A stretch of DNA of 64,000 bases from Lachnospiraceae bacterium (GCA_021203465.1 JAJQBC010000005.1:7866-71865); one strand, 5' to 3'; numbered from the stretch's first letter, positions 17,201 through 26,574 are shown. Notes: generated by a model from the sequence alone, not told the origin. Translations and numbers: made by a program.

Positions 17201-18919
17201 GGTCAGATCCTCGATCTCGAAGGGAATCGGCTCACGCGGGTTGACAAAAGTCGAGAACCGCCCTGTGATCTTCCCCGCCTCTACCTTCACCGCGCCGATC
17301 TCAATGATGCGATTGTGCACGGCGGAAAGGCCTGTCGTCTCGAGGTCAAATACCACATAGGAGTCGTCGAGGCTCTGCCCTTTGGAGTTCTCAACAAGTC
17401 CCTTTAAATCGTCCACAAGATAACCCTCGACGCCGTAGATCACCTTGAAATCTTCATCCTTGGAGATCGTATGGCTCGCCTCAGTAAAGGCTTGCACGCA
17501 GCCGTGGTCGGTGATCGCGAGTGCCGGCATGCCCCAGGCCTTCGCGCGCTTCAGCAGCACTGCGGCATCGGTCACGCCGTCCATATCGCTCATCTTGGTG
17601 TGGCAGTGGAGCTCGACCCTCTTTTTCGCCGAATAATCCATGCGGGAGGTTGTGAAATCCGCGATCTTCTTGATACCGGTCACCGAGCCGATCGTCAGCT
17701 CGTGGTCGAAATGGTCAAGGATCGTCATTCCTTTCAGCTTCACAAAAGTCCCTTCGCTCAGGGCCTCCAGCTCCGGCAGGCGTTCATTTGAGGAAAAAAT
17801 CTTAATGTTAATCGAGTCGGTAAAATCGGTCAGCGTCAGCGTGAGGATCGTACGCTCGCCTCGGATCTCGCGGTCCTCTCTCTTGCGGATCTTCCCGCGC
17901 ACCGTCACCTCGCCCATCTCCTCGACGATCTCGCTGAGCGGGGTGGGTTCGTCATCGAAGCTGCGCCCGTAGAGCATATCCGGGTCGGACTTTTTATAAT
18001 AGGAACCGCTCTTACCGCGGGCAGAACCCCCGCGCGCGAAAGAGCCGCGTTTTCCGGACGCCGTCTTTCCGGAAGCAGCCTTCCCCGTTGCCGCCAGACT
18101 CTGCGGCCCTGCTCCCGAAGGAGACTGCATATCAGAGACTGCACTCTGACTCCTGATGGACGAGCCCCTCATTTCAGAAGAGGCGTACTCTCGTCCGACG
18201 GATGGGTTCTGTTGATCAAAAGAGGGTTCCTGGTTCCAGGGGGGCTCTCCCTCCCCTCCCACGTCTCCTGGCACAGCCGACGCGCTGCCCTCGAGGGACT
18301 GCTGCAAAGGCACGCCGCCCTGCTCCGACCTCATAAGCTCCCCGGTCAGCACGGCAATCCGCTGCCGCATCTCGGCCTCGCCCTTCTCAAGGCCGCTCTC
18401 CTCCTCCGGCTCCCGGTATTCCACCTTCACCTTCACCTGAAAGCCGCAGCGCTCGTTGAACACCCGGTCGAGAATGCGCGCAATATCATCCACGGCCTCC
18501 CGGTCGTAGATGTGCTTCGAGATGCCGAGCGTCAGCGTGTGCTCGTCCGGAAATTCCACCTTCACGTTCTTTAAAATGCTTCTTTTATAGGGACTGTAGG
18601 CCTCCAGCTCCGTCAGCACGCTGTCCGCGTAAACCGACCAGAGTTTCCCGGGCGTATACTGCTCCGAGAGCTGAAAGGTCTCAAAAAAATAGACCTTCCC
18701 CGGTCGCCCGGCGAAGACCTGCCTCTGAATCTGAGCCGCAAGCTGAAAAAGCTGATGTTTTGCAATCAGCTTTCTGCTCGTGATATAAACCCGCAGCACG
18801 TCGCGCTGCGGATTCGTGGAGACGCGCGTCACCACAACCTGATCCAGCAGCCGGTGCAGCGCTCCCTCCGCCTCGATTGTGCGGAATACCTCAAAAAACG
18901 GTTTCTCACTTGTCGTCAT
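14267..18919 (-). CDS. polC: DNA polymerase III alpha subunit, PolC type
   Basis: 1550 aa with PHP motif ELHCHTKMSDMDG, proofreading exonuclease motifs VVFDLETTGLS and HRAVDDA, and a polymerase core. A low-complexity linker of roughly 150 aa follows the N-terminal domain. Confidence 0.97.
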   Translation of the reverse strand: MTTSEKPFFEVFRTIEAEGALHRLLDQVVVTRVSTNPQRDVLRVYITSRKLIAKHQLFQLAAQIQRQVFAGRPGKVYFFETFQLSEQYTPGKLWSVYADSVLTELEAYSPYKRSILKNVKVEFPDEHTLTLGISKHIYDREAVDDIARILDRVFNERCGFQVKVKVEYREPEEESGLEKGEAEMRQRIAVLTGELMRSEQGGVPLQQSLEGSASAVPGDVGGEGEPPWNQEPSFDQQNPSVGREYASSEMRGSSIRSQSAVSDMQSPSGAGPQSLAATGKAASGKTASGKRGSFARGGSARGKSGSYYKKSDPDMLYGRSFDDEPTPLSEIVEEMGEVTVRGKIRKREDREIRGERTILTLTLTDFTDSINIKIFSSNERLPELEALSEGTFVKLKGMTILDHFDHELTIGSVTGIKKIADFTTSRMDYSAKKRVELHCHTKMSDMDGVTDAAVLLKRAKAWGMPALAITDHGCVQAFTEASHTISKDEDFKVIYGVEGYLVDDLKGLVENSKGQSLDDSYVVFDLETTGLSAVHNRIIEIGAVKVEAGKITGRFSTFVNPREPIPFEIEDLTGIGDEMVADAPPIEEILPNFLAFCEGSVLIAHNASFDVGFIEENCRRMNIPTDFTVGDTVAMARVLLPKLNKFKLDTVAKALNISLDHHHRAVDDAACTAEIFLKFLQMFRERDARTLNDVNALGRADAAAIKKLPTYHVIILAKNDIGRVNLYRLVSLSHIDYFARRSRIPKSELQKYREGLIVGSACEAGELYQAILRGAPRQEIARIVEFYDYLEIQPLGNNAFMLRDSKNPVSSEEDLRENVRTIVRLGEEFHKPVAATCDVHFIDPEDEVYRRIIMAGKGFSDADQQAPLYLRTTEEMLAEFEFLGREKAEEVVITNTNRISEMCEHLSPVRPDKCPPVIADSDKTLREICYKKAHEIYGEELPEIVTERLERELRSIIGNGFAVMYIIAQKLVWKSNEDGYLVGSRGSVGSSLVATMAGITEVNPLSPHYICPKCHYSDFESDEVKKYAGMAGCDMPDKNCPRCGEKLKKEGFDIPFETFLGFKGNKEPDIDLNFSGDYQSRAHKYTEVIFGTGQTFRAGTIGTLADKTAFGYVKNYYEERGVPKRRCEIERIVDGCVGVRRTTGQHPGGIIVLPLGESIYSFTPVQHPANDMTTDIITTHFDYHSIDHNLLKLDILGHDDPTMIRMLEDLTGVNAREIPLDDPQVMSLFQSTEALGIRPEDIGGTPLGSLGIPEFGTEFAMQMLVDTHPTHFSDLVRIAGLAHGTDVWLGNAQTLIQEGKATISTAICTRDDIMTYLISKGLDSEMSFKIMEAVRKGKVAKGQCDTWPEWKEEMIAHGVPDWYIWSCEKIKYMFPKAHAAAYVMMAWRIAWCKINFPLEYYAAYFSIRASAFNYELMCQGRERLERYIQDYKSREDDLTQKEKDTLKDMMSVLEMYARGYEFHKLDIYEADARKFRIIDGKLMPSLSTIDGLGDKAADAFVEGRAAGPFLSRDDLRGRTKLSKTVIDLMGDLGLLEGLPESDQLSIFDFG

Positions 18920-19967
18920 GCCAGTTCTCCAGCTCCTCGCGTAGCGCGTCCAGAAGCTCGCCCTCCGGCAGCTTCTTTATGATCTCCCCATGCCGGAACA
19001 AAAGGCCAATGCCGTCGCCTCCCGCGACGCCGATGTCCGCCTCCCGCGCCTCGCCGGGTCCATTGACCGCGCAGCCCATGACAGCCACACGGATATCAAG
19101 CGGAAACTCCGATACCATCGCCTCGACCTGATTCGCGAGGCCGATGAGATCGATCTTCGTCCGCCCGCAGGTCGGACAGGAGACGACCTCCACGCCGCCC
19201 TTCCGAAGGCCAAGCGACTTCAGAATCAGCCGCGCTGAGCGGACTTCCTCCGCCGGGTCGCCGGTCAGCGAGACGCGGATGGTATCGCCAATCCCTTGAT
19301 AGAGAATGATACCGAGCCCCACCGCGGACTTGATATTTCCGGAGAACAGCGTCCCGGCCTCGGTGATTCCTACATGCAGCGGATGCTCTGTGCGCTCCGC
19401 GATCAGCTCGTGCGCCCGCGCGCACATCAGCACATTCGAGGACTTGATGCTGATGACGAGATTGTCATAGCCCATGTCCTCAATGAGTTTTACCTTGTCA
19501 AGCGCGCTCTCGACGATGCCCTCCGCGGTCACGCTGCCGTATTTCTCGATCAGCTCCTTCTCGAGCGAGCCGCTGTTCACACCGACGCGAATCGGAATAT
19601 TCCGTTCCCGCGCCGTGTCCACGACCGCCTTGATCCGTTCGCGGCTGCCAATATTACCCGGATTGATGCGAATCTTGTCCGCCCCGTTCTCCATGGCCGC
19701 GATCGCCAGACGATAGTCAAAATGAATATCCGCCACGAGCGGGATCGCGATCTGTCTTTTGATCTCCGAAAGCGCCTTCGCAGCCTCCGGCGTCGGCACC
19801 GTACAGCGAATGATCTCGCAGCCGGCGGCGGTGAGCTGCCAGATCTGAGAGACCGTCGCCTCCACGTCCTCCGTCCTTGTATTCGTCATGGACTGGATCA
19901 GGATCGGACTTCCCCCACCAATCACGCGGTCGCCGATCTGAACCGTCCTCGTATGCTCACGATGCAT
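18906..19967 (-). CDS. ispG: 4-hydroxy-3-methylbut-2-enyl diphosphate synthase
   Basis: GcpE family: VQIGDRVIGGGSPILIQSMTNT, SCPTCGRT, MGCAVNGPGEA. Confidence 0.95.
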   Translation of the reverse strand: MHREHTRTVQIGDRVIGGGSPILIQSMTNTRTEDVEATVSQIWQLTAAGCEIIRCTVPTPEAAKALSEIKRQIAIPLVADIHFDYRLAIAAMENGADKIRINPGNIGSRERIKAVVDTARERNIPIRVGVNSGSLEKELIEKYGSVTAEGIVESALDKVKLIEDMGYDNLVISIKSSNVLMCARAHELIAERTEHPLHVGITEAGTLFSGNIKSAVGLGIILYQGIGDTIRVSLTGDPAEEVRSARLILKSLGLRKGGVEVVSCPTCGRTKIDLIGLANQVEAMVSEFPLDIRVAVMGCAVNGPGEAREADIGVAGGDGIGLLFRHGEIIKKLPEGELLDALREELENWHDDK

Positions 19968-21162
19968 AGTTCTCTCCCCTTCTCATATTGTCAATGCGCT
20001 TCTGAATGCTCCATTTGTTGACGCTTAAGACCAGGCCGATCTCGATGAGCAGGAAAATGCTCGCCGTGCCGCCGTAGCTGAAAAATGGGAGCGTCACACC
20101 CGTCGTCGGAAACAGACCTGTCACGACCATCATATTCAAGATCACCTGCAGCGCGATGTGCGAGAGCACGCCGATTGAAATCATCCTGCCGAGCAAATCC
20201 TCCGCAGTCTGCGAAATCACGTAAATCCGATAGAGCAGATAGATAAACAGGAGGATGATGAGTCCCGCTCCAAAGACACCGAGCTCCTCGCAGATGATCG
20301 CGAAAATATAGTCATTGTAAGGTTCCGGAATCGTCCCGAGCTTCTGGATGCTGTTCCCCAGCCCTTTGCCGAAAAGGCCGCCCGAGCCGATCGCGTAGAG
20401 GCCCTGCAGCGACTGGTAAGCCGTATCCTGCTCGTATTCGTAGGGTTCCAGCCAGGCACGGATACGTGCGAAGCGGAAACCCGCGTCCTCTAGCGTCGCG
20501 GGATCCAGATTTTTTACATAGTAAATGATCGCCGCCACAGCGGCAGCTACCAGCGCCGCAGCGAGAAAAAATCTCCACTGGTCCGGATGCACGATATAGA
20601 TCATAAATACTGTCATGCCAAGCAGAATCGCCGCGGTACTCATGTTATTGCTGATCCGCAGAATCAGCAGCGAGACAATCATGCTGGGCACCATCATACG
20701 CAGGATCGAGAGCCAGCTCTTCAGCTGCCGCCCCCGAACCACGATCAGCGTGGACATCACCACAATCATGATCAGCTTCACCGGCTCCGCCACCTGAAAC
20801 TGGACGCCCGCGATCCTGAGCCACCGAGTCGCACCTTTGACCGTGACGCCGAGCGGCGTCTTCAGAAGCAAAATCAGCAGGATGCAGAGCGCATAACCGG
20901 GGAGCGCAAAAATAGACCAGACATGATAATTGATATTGGACACCACGAACATGGCCGCAAGCCCGATCAGGGAATAGGCGACTTGATTTTTCAGGAGATA
21001 CATAGAATCATAATTGTAAGTCGCACTTAGACCCGCCGTGTAATAGCTGGCGCTGTAGATCATGACGAAACCGAAGACCATCACGAAAAAAAACGCCGCC
21101 AGAAGGTTTGTGTCCAGTCCGCGAAGCCCGGGCTGAAACACCTTCTCCTCCCTCATCCTCAC
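19957..21162 (-). CDS. FtsW/RodA/SpoVE-family SEDS protein
   Basis: About 10 TM segments, with PEPYNDYIFAIICEELG and LPFFSYGGTS-like LPFFSYGGTASIF motifs. Confidence 0.9.
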   Translation of the reverse strand: MRMREEKVFQPGLRGLDTNLLAAFFFVMVFGFVMIYSASYYTAGLSATYNYDSMYLLKNQVAYSLIGLAAMFVVSNINYHVWSIFALPGYALCILLILLLKTPLGVTVKGATRWLRIAGVQFQVAEPVKLIMIVVMSTLIVVRGRQLKSWLSILRMMVPSMIVSLLILRISNNMSTAAILLGMTVFMIYIVHPDQWRFFLAAALVAAAVAAIIYYVKNLDPATLEDAGFRFARIRAWLEPYEYEQDTAYQSLQGLYAIGSGGLFGKGLGNSIQKLGTIPEPYNDYIFAIICEELGVFGAGLIILLFIYLLYRIYVISQTAEDLLGRMISIGVLSHIALQVILNMMVVTGLFPTTGVTLPFFSYGGTASIFLLIEIGLVLSVNKWSIQKRIDNMRRGENYAS

Positions 21163-21653
21163 GCCCCCCGTCTCTCATAACGGCAAAAGCGGAAGGCCAC
21201 GTCGAAGTACGTCTTCTCCTCGCTCTCGCCGGTCAGCTCCCAAGCAGGGTCGGCTTCGAGATCTGGGAACCACGCGTCGGCCTCATAGGCCTCGTCAAGC
21301 CGGGTCACATGGGCCAGGTCACAGTACGGAAGGAAAGCACGGTAAATGCTCTCCCCGCCAATGATATAGACGTCCCGCGTGTCATAGGCCTTCAACTCCT
21401 CCAGCACTTCCTCTACGGAATGGCAGACGAGCGCGCCCTGCACGTGATAGTCCGGATTGCGGCTGAGGATGATGTTCGTCCTGTTCTTCAGGGGCTGTCC
21501 CCCGGGAAAAGTCGCGAGCGTCTTCCGTCCGAGGACGACCACTTTGCCCGTGGTCTCCTGCCGGAAAAATTTCATATCCTCCGGGATGCTCACGAGCAGC
21601 TTTCCCTGCTGCCCGATGGCCCAGTTTTTATCTACATTCACAATAAGGTTCAT
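21159..21653 (-). CDS. folA: dihydrofolate reductase
   Basis: MNLIVNVDKNWAIGQQGKLLVSIPEDMKFFRQETTGKVVVLGRKT. The start is ATG 21653, and the gene lies downstream of thyA. Confidence 0.9.
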   Translation of the reverse strand: MNLIVNVDKNWAIGQQGKLLVSIPEDMKFFRQETTGKVVVLGRKTLATFPGGQPLKNRTNIILSRNPDYHVQGALVCHSVEEVLEELKAYDTRDVYIIGGESIYRAFLPYCDLAHVTRLDEAYEADAWFPDLEADPAWELTGESEEKTYFDVAFRFCRYERRGA

Positions 21654-21666
21654 GTTTTTTATCCTC

Positions 21667-22515
21667 TTACACCGCAATCGGAATATTCTGGATCTGCGGG
21701 CCGGTCTGATAATCTTCCACGATGAGATCAGCCGTCGTGAAGGCATAGAAATCCTTCACCTCCGGATTCAGCCGCACCTTCGGAGCCGGGTATGTCTCCC
21801 TCGCGATCAGCTCGCGCACAATATCGACATGCCGATCGTAGATGTGCGCGTCCGCAATCACATGCAGCAGCTCTCCCGGTATCATATCGCAGACCTGAGC
21901 CACCATCATGAGCAGAATCGCGTACTGGCACACGTTCCAGTTGTTGGCCGCGAGCACGTCCTGCGAGCGCTGGTTCAGCAGCAGGTTCAGCGTCAGCCGC
22001 TCCTGCCCCTTCTCCTGCGTCACATTCCAGGTCGTGCTGTAGGCACAGGGATAGAGATGCATCTCGCTCAAATCAGCATGCACATAGGTGTTCGTCATGA
22101 TCCTGCGGCTGAAAGGATTGTGCTGCAGGTCGTAGAGCACGCGATCCATCTGGTCCATCATGCCTTCCTTATACCGGTGCTTCACGCCGATCTGGTAGCC
22201 GTAGGCCTTTCCAATCGAGCCGCTCTCATCGGCCCACTCATCCCACACATGGCTGTGCAGGTCATGAATATTGGCCGATTTCTTCTGGTAAATCCAAAGA
22301 ATCTCGTCCATGCAGCTCTTGAGCGCGGTCCGCCGCAACGTCAGCGCCGGAAATTCCTTTCGCAAATCATAGCGGTTCATGACGCCGAAGCGCTTGATCG
22401 TGTAGGCGTAGCTGCCATCCTCCCACTTCGGGCGCACCTTCTCGCCCTCGGTGCTGACGCCATTTTCCAAAATATCGCGGCACATATTGATAAAAAGCCG
22501 GTCTGCGTAGCTCAT
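21667..22515 (-). CDS. thyA: thymidylate synthase
   Basis: 282 aa with LRRTALKSCMDEILWIY, LYPCAYSTTWNV and NQRSQDVLAANNWNV, resembling the Bacillus ThyA type. Confidence 0.93.
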   Translation of the reverse strand: MSYADRLFINMCRDILENGVSTEGEKVRPKWEDGSYAYTIKRFGVMNRYDLRKEFPALTLRRTALKSCMDEILWIYQKKSANIHDLHSHVWDEWADESGSIGKAYGYQIGVKHRYKEGMMDQMDRVLYDLQHNPFSRRIMTNTYVHADLSEMHLYPCAYSTTWNVTQEKGQERLTLNLLLNQRSQDVLAANNWNVCQYAILLMMVAQVCDMIPGELLHVIADAHIYDRHVDIVRELIARETYPAPKVRLNPEVKDFYAFTTADLIVEDYQTGPQIQNIPIAV

Positions 22516-22526
22516 GAAACTTCTCC

Positions 22527-22955
22527 TTATTCAATCTCGGAAGTGCAGAAGGGGCAGCGCGTCGCCTTGATGTCGACCTCGCTCATGCAGCGCGGGCAGA
22601 TCTTCTTCGTCGGGGCTGCTGGGACTTCCTCCTCTTTCTTTTTCAGCTTCTCCGTCGCACCGTTGATCGCCTTGACCATACAGAAGATCACGAAGGCAAT
22701 CAACAGAAAATTGATGATCGCCGACAGAAAAGAACCATAGTTCAGCGTCGCGGCCTGCTCACCGATTCCAAAGGAAACACTCATCGACGCAATGTCCATG
22801 CCCCCTGTGATCAGCGACAAGAGCGGCATAATCATGTCGTCGACCAGTGAAGTCACGATCGCCGTGAACGCGCTGCCGATGATGACGCCGACCGCCAGAT
22901 CCATCACGTTTCCTCTGGAAATAAACTTCTTGAACTCATCAAAAAAATTCTTCAT
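22527..22955 (-). CDS. mscL: large-conductance mechanosensitive channel with a C-terminal CxxC...CxxC zinc-ribbon tail
   Basis: MKNFFDEFKKFISRGNVMDLAVGVIIGSAFTAIV (MscL TM1). The tail is KKICPRCMSEVDIKATRCPFCTSEIE. The start is ATG 22955. Confidence 0.9.
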   Translation of the reverse strand: MKNFFDEFKKFISRGNVMDLAVGVIIGSAFTAIVTSLVDDMIMPLLSLITGGMDIASMSVSFGIGEQAATLNYGSFLSAIINFLLIAFVIFCMVKAINGATEKLKKKEEEVPAAPTKKICPRCMSEVDIKATRCPFCTSEIE

Positions 22956-23115
22956 CTCTGACACTTTCCTCTCTGTTTGTATTGGTTCCAACTGAACATA
23001 CCCAGTATAACACGTTCTTTCAAGAACGAAAACAGTTTTTTCTGCCCGCTTGACCTCTTCCGGGATTTCCGCTATCATAAGCCATGTAGCCAGATTAATT
23101 TCAGAGGTATTCATT

Positions 23116-23376
23116 ATGCAATACATAATCACCGCCTATTTCATTATCGTCAATATCATTGGCTTCGCCCTGATGGGCATAGACAAGCGAAAGGCCAGAA
23201 AACAGCAGTGGCGCATCCCGGAGAAAACGCTGTTTCTAGCGGCGATCATCGGCGGCTCTGTCGGAACGCTGCTTGGCATGTACGTATTTCACCACAAGAC
23301 GAGGCACTGGTACTTCGTCGTCGGCATGCCACTGATCCTGATTCTGCAGATTCTGCTCTGTATGAAATTTTCATAA
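23116..23376 (+). CDS. DUF1294-like small membrane protein
   Basis: IIGFALMGIDKRKARKQQWRIPEKTLFLAAIIGGSVGTLLGMYVFHHKTRH. The start is ATG 23116. Confidence 0.7.
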   Translation: MQYIITAYFIIVNIIGFALMGIDKRKARKQQWRIPEKTLFLAAIIGGSVGTLLGMYVFHHKTRHWYFVVGMPLILILQILLCMKFS

Positions 23377-23460
23377 AATATGGATTTTGCGCTTTCTTTT
23401 TGACAATATTTATATTAGAATGAAGAAAACCTGTTATCCATATGGAAAGGAGTCTTTAAG

Positions 23461-23727
23461 ATGAAAAAACTGTTGAAGGCAATCGCGGCTGTCGGCACCG
23501 CCGCTCTGGCCGCAGTCGGCGGGTTCTATCTCTATCAGAAGTTCTTCGGGGAGGAAGAGGATCTGGACGACTTCGACGACGACGAACTCTTTGACGATGA
23601 AGACGAAGAAGAGCCGGAGGAAGAGACCGCTGAAGAAGAAACGGAATCCGAGGAGATTTTCGAGGAGGAGTCCGCAGAGGAGACGGAAGAAAAAGCTGAC
23701 GGGGCGGAGACCGCCAAAGAAGCCTGA
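23461..23727 (+). CDS. small membrane-anchored protein with a poly-acidic tail
   Basis: 88 aa with one N-terminal TM segment (AIAAVGTAALAAVGGFYLY), then about 60 residues dominated by E/D. GGAAAGGAG lies upstream and a terminator downstream. Confidence 0.5.
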   Translation: MKKLLKAIAAVGTAALAAVGGFYLYQKFFGEEEDLDDFDDDELFDDEDEEEPEEETAEEETESEEIFEEESAEETEEKADGAETAKEA

Positions 23728-23743
23728 CAATCGTAAGGAAAAA

Positions 23744-23787
23744 GCCGGAGCTGCATGATGGCTCCGGCCTCTTTTTGTCTTTTTTGT
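23744..23787. terminator. bidirectional terminator between the acidic-protein gene and glnS
   Basis: GCCGGAGC-TGCATGATG-GCTCCGGC flanked by AAAAA on one side and CTCTTTTTGTCTTTTTTG on the other. Confidence 0.7.
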
Positions 23788-23789
23788 TT

Positions 23790-25457
23790 TTAATCTTTTT
23801 TCGGAAGTTTGAACGAGCTCTTGAGCGAGACAATCCGATTGAAGACGAGAGCGTCCTCCTTCGAATCCTTCGCATCCACACAGAAGAACCCACTGCGCAC
23901 AAACTGGAAGCTGTCATAAGGCTTCGCGTCCGCAAGCGCCGGCTCCAGCTTTGCCTGAACGACCGTCAGGGAATTCGGATTGATGTTCATCGAGCCATCC
24001 TCGTTGTAGACGCCCTTCGACTCGTCGATGAGATTCTCGTAGAGACGCACCTGAGCATCCACCGCATACGGCACCGGCACCCAGTGGATCGTCCCCTTCA
24101 CCTTGCGTCCGGTGAAGCCGCTACCGGCCTTCGTCTCCGGATCGTAGGTGCAGTGCACGACGCTCACCCGGCCGTCCGCATCCTTCTCGAATCCCACGCA
24201 TTTCACAAAATAAGCGTGCATCAGCCGCACCTCATTGCCCGGGAACAGGCGGAAATACTTCCGCGGCGGTTCCTCCATGAAATCGTCCCGCTCGATGTAG
24301 AGCTCGCGGCAGAAGGGTACCTTTCTCGTGCCAAGCTCCTCATTTTCCAGATTGTTCGCGGCCTCGAGATACTCGGTCTCACCCTCCAGATAATTGTCGA
24401 TGACAAGACGGATCGGATCGAGCACCGCCATCATGCGGGAACGCTTCATCTTCAAATCTTCGCGGATGCAGTACTCGAGCATCGCGTAATCGACCGAGCT
24501 CTGGCTCTTGGACACACCGCAGAGCTCCACAAACATCTGAATCGACTCCGGTGTGAAACCGCGGCGACGCAGCGCAGCGATCGACACCAGACGAGGGTCA
24601 TCCCAGCCGTCGACCGTGCCGTCCTCAACCAGCTTCTTGATATAGCGCTTGCCGGTCACGACATTTGTCAGATAGAGCTTCGCAAACTCAATCTGCCGCG
24701 GCGGGTGAGGATACTCCAGCTCACGCACGACCCAGTCGTAGAGCGGCCGATGATCCTCGAATTCCAGCGTACAGATCGAGTGCGTAATGCCCTCAATCGC
24801 GTCCTCGATCGGATGCGCGAAATCATACATCGGATAGATACACCAGGCATCACCGGTGTTATGATGCGTCATGTGCGCTACACGATAGATAACCGGATCG
24901 CGCATATTCATATTCGGAGATGCCATATCGATCTTCGCGCGCAGCACCTTCTCGCCGTCCCCGTAGACGCCATTTTTCATATTCTCGAAGAGCGTGAGGT
25001 TTTCTTCCACGCTGCGGTTCCGATAGGGACTCTCCTTCCCCGGCTCGGTCAGCGTCCCGCGGTACTCACGAATCTCCTCCGCGGAGAGGTCGCACACGTA
25101 GGCCTTTCCCTTCTTGATCAGCTTTATCGCGCCTTCATACATCTGCTGGAAATAATCTGACGCAAAAAACAGCCGGTCCTCCCAGTCCGCGCCGAGCCAC
25201 TGGATATCCTTTTTGATCGCCTCTACGAACTCCGTCCGCTCCTTCGTCGGATTCGTATCGTCAAAGCGCATGTTGAATTTCCCATGATACTTCTGCGCAA
25301 GTCCGTAATTCAGCAGAATCGACTTGGCATGTCCAATGTGCAGATAGCCGTTCGGCTCCGGCGGAAAACGAGTGTGCACCATGTCATAGATGCCCTCCGC
25401 GAGATCCTTCTCAATCTCATTCTCAATAAAATTTCTGGAAACGACTTCATTTTCCAT
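23790..25457 (-). CDS. glnS: glutaminyl-tRNA synthetase
   Basis: [17 protein letters not shown] (HIGH motif), RFDDTNP, and a C-terminal anticodon-binding beta-barrel region. The start is ATG 25457. Confidence 0.95.
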   Translation of the reverse strand: MENEVVSRNFIENEIEKDLAEGIYDMVHTRFPPEPNGYLHIGHAKSILLNYGLAQKYHGKFNMRFDDTNPTKERTEFVEAIKKDIQWLGADWEDRLFFASDYFQQMYEGAIKLIKKGKAYVCDLSAEEIREYRGTLTEPGKESPYRNRSVEENLTLFENMKNGVYGDGEKVLRAKIDMASPNMNMRDPVIYRVAHMTHHNTGDAWCIYPMYDFAHPIEDAIEGITHSICTLEFEDHRPLYDWVVRELEYPHPPRQIEFAKLYLTNVVTGKRYIKKLVEDGTVDGWDDPRLVSIAALRRRGFTPESIQMFVELCGVSKSQSSVDYAMLEYCIREDLKMKRSRMMAVLDPIRLVIDNYLEGETEYLEAANNLENEELGTRKVPFCRELYIERDDFMEEPPRKYFRLFPGNEVRLMHAYFVKCVGFEKDADGRVSVVHCTYDPETKAGSGFTGRKVKGTIHWVPVPYAVDAQVRLYENLIDESKGVYNEDGSMNINPNSLTVVQAKLEPALADAKPYDSFQFVRSGFFCVDAKDSKEDALVFNRIVSLKSSFKLPKKD

Positions 25458-25537
25458 GGCAGATTTTCCCCGATCTATAAGTGTTATATTGCAAAAACAG
25501 GAAGACACCTGTTCTGGGTCTTCCTGCTCTCACACTA

Positions 25538-25610
25538 AGCTGCTGACGGGAATCGGACCCGTGACCTCCGCATTACCAATGCGACGCTCTACCGACTGAG
25601 CCACAGCAGC
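25538..25610 (-). tRNA. tRNA-Thr (anticodon GGU)
   Basis: Hand-folded cloverleaf from GCTGCTGTGGCTCAGTCGGTAGAGCGTCGCATTGGTAATGCGAGGTCACGGGTCCGATTCCCGTCAGCAGCT. Acceptor stem GCTGCTG/CAGCAGC, anticodon stem TCGCA/TGCGA, anticodon loop TTGGTAA, T stem ACGGG/CCCGT. CCA is not encoded. Confidence 0.85.
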
Positions 25611-25640
25611 CTGCATGCCGCCTTGCTTCGCGACTTGAAT

Positions 25641-25669
25641 ATCTTATCATAGCGCCTTTTTGGTGTCAA
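25641..25669 (-). promoter_or_regulatory. promoter for tRNA-Thr and glnS
   Basis: Minus strand reads TTGACA, a 17-nt spacer, then TAAGAT, about 30 nt upstream of the tRNA 5' end. Confidence 0.5.
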
Positions 25670-25683
25670 CACTTTTTTTGAGT

Positions 25684-26430
25684 TCAGCAGCCGTCCGCGC
25701 TGACGATACTCATAAGTGTCAGACCCTTCGCGGGCGCGGTCGGTCCGGCGAGCGTCCGGTCGCGGGCTTCGAGGATGGTCTTTACATAGTCCGGCTCCCA
25801 ATCGCCGTTTCCGACGCGGATGAGCGTCCCGGCGATGATGCGGACCATATTGTAGAGGAAACCATTGCCGCGAATGCGGATTGTCAGAAGCTCCCCCTGC
25901 CGCTCCACTGTCAGCTCATAGATCGTGCGCACCGTCGTCTTCACCTGCGCGCCCGCCGCACAGAAACTCTGGAAATCGTGCTCGCCGACCAGATACGCCG
26001 CAGCGCGGCGCATGCGCTCCTCATCCAACGGATAATAGACGAAATACGTGTTCAGGCGATATGCCGGGAGAGGAAACTCGCGGTTCAGGATGCGGTACTC
26101 GTAGGTCTTCACCGTCTTTTGATAACGTGGATGATAGTCCGGCGGCACCTCGCAGGAATGCTGGATACGGATATCCTCCGGCAGACGCTGGTTCAGCGCA
26201 TAGGAGAATTTGTCCGCCGCCATCCGCGCCTCCGTGTCAAAGACCGCGAGGTTGCCCATCGCATGCACACCGGAGTCCGTGCGGCTCGCGCCGTGCACAT
26301 GGATGTCCTCCCCGGTCAGAGCGCTGAGCGCCCGGTTCAGCGTCGACTCGATCGTCTCGCCATTCTTCTGAATCTGCCAGCCCTGATAGTTGGTTCCGTC
26401 GTAGGCGACGACCAGCCTGATTCTCCTCAT
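25684..26430 (-). CDS. truA: tRNA pseudouridine(38-40) synthase
   Basis: VAYDGTNYQGWQIQ and GASRTDSGVHA (catalytic Asp), 248 aa, downstream of the ecf genes as in many Firmicutes. Confidence 0.95.
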   Translation of the reverse strand: MRRIRLVVAYDGTNYQGWQIQKNGETIESTLNRALSALTGEDIHVHGASRTDSGVHAMGNLAVFDTEARMAADKFSYALNQRLPEDIRIQHSCEVPPDYHPRYQKTVKTYEYRILNREFPLPAYRLNTYFVYYPLDEERMRRAAAYLVGEHDFQSFCAAGAQVKTTVRTIYELTVERQGELLTIRIRGNGFLYNMVRIIAGTLIRVGNGDWEPDYVKTILEARDRTLAGPTAPAKGLTLMSIVSADGC

Positions 26431-26474
26431 GAATCCAAACTCCCATCCTCGGATAAGAAACTGCAGTAAAAAAC

Positions 26475-26554
26475 TGTAACTATTCAGAACAGCAGGCCTT
26501 GAGACCGCCTTCTTCGAAGGCTATGTGCCGCTTACGCGTCATATGACTGTTACA
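26475..26554 (-). repeat. copy 2 of the R element
   Basis: The reverse complement reads ATGACGCGTAAGCGGCACATAGCCTTCGAAGAAGGCGGTCTCAAGGCCTGCTGTTCTGAATAG, flanked by TGTAAC/GTTACA. It lies between ecfT and truA. Confidence 0.8.
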
Positions 26555-26574
26555 AAAAACTATCGGCAGGTGAC

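Noticed and set aside
17900-18350. The low-complexity Ser/Gly/Ala/Pro-rich insert in PolC, considered as a possible intein or mobile insertion
   Set aside because: It has no intein splice motifs or endonuclease motifs. It looks like a disordered linker between the N-terminal domain and the OB/PHP region, which I believe varies widely among Clostridial PolC proteins.
23775-25160. Long ORFs antisense to real genes: 461 aa opposite glnS, 427 aa at 21457-22740 opposite thyA, 377 aa at 44381-45514, 334 aa at 41979-42983, 317 aa at 49981-50934, and many others
   Set aside because: These are typical shadow ORFs of G+C-rich DNA. They are Arg/His/Pro/Leu-rich, have no recognisable motifs, and each lies fully inside a confidently assigned gene on the other strand.
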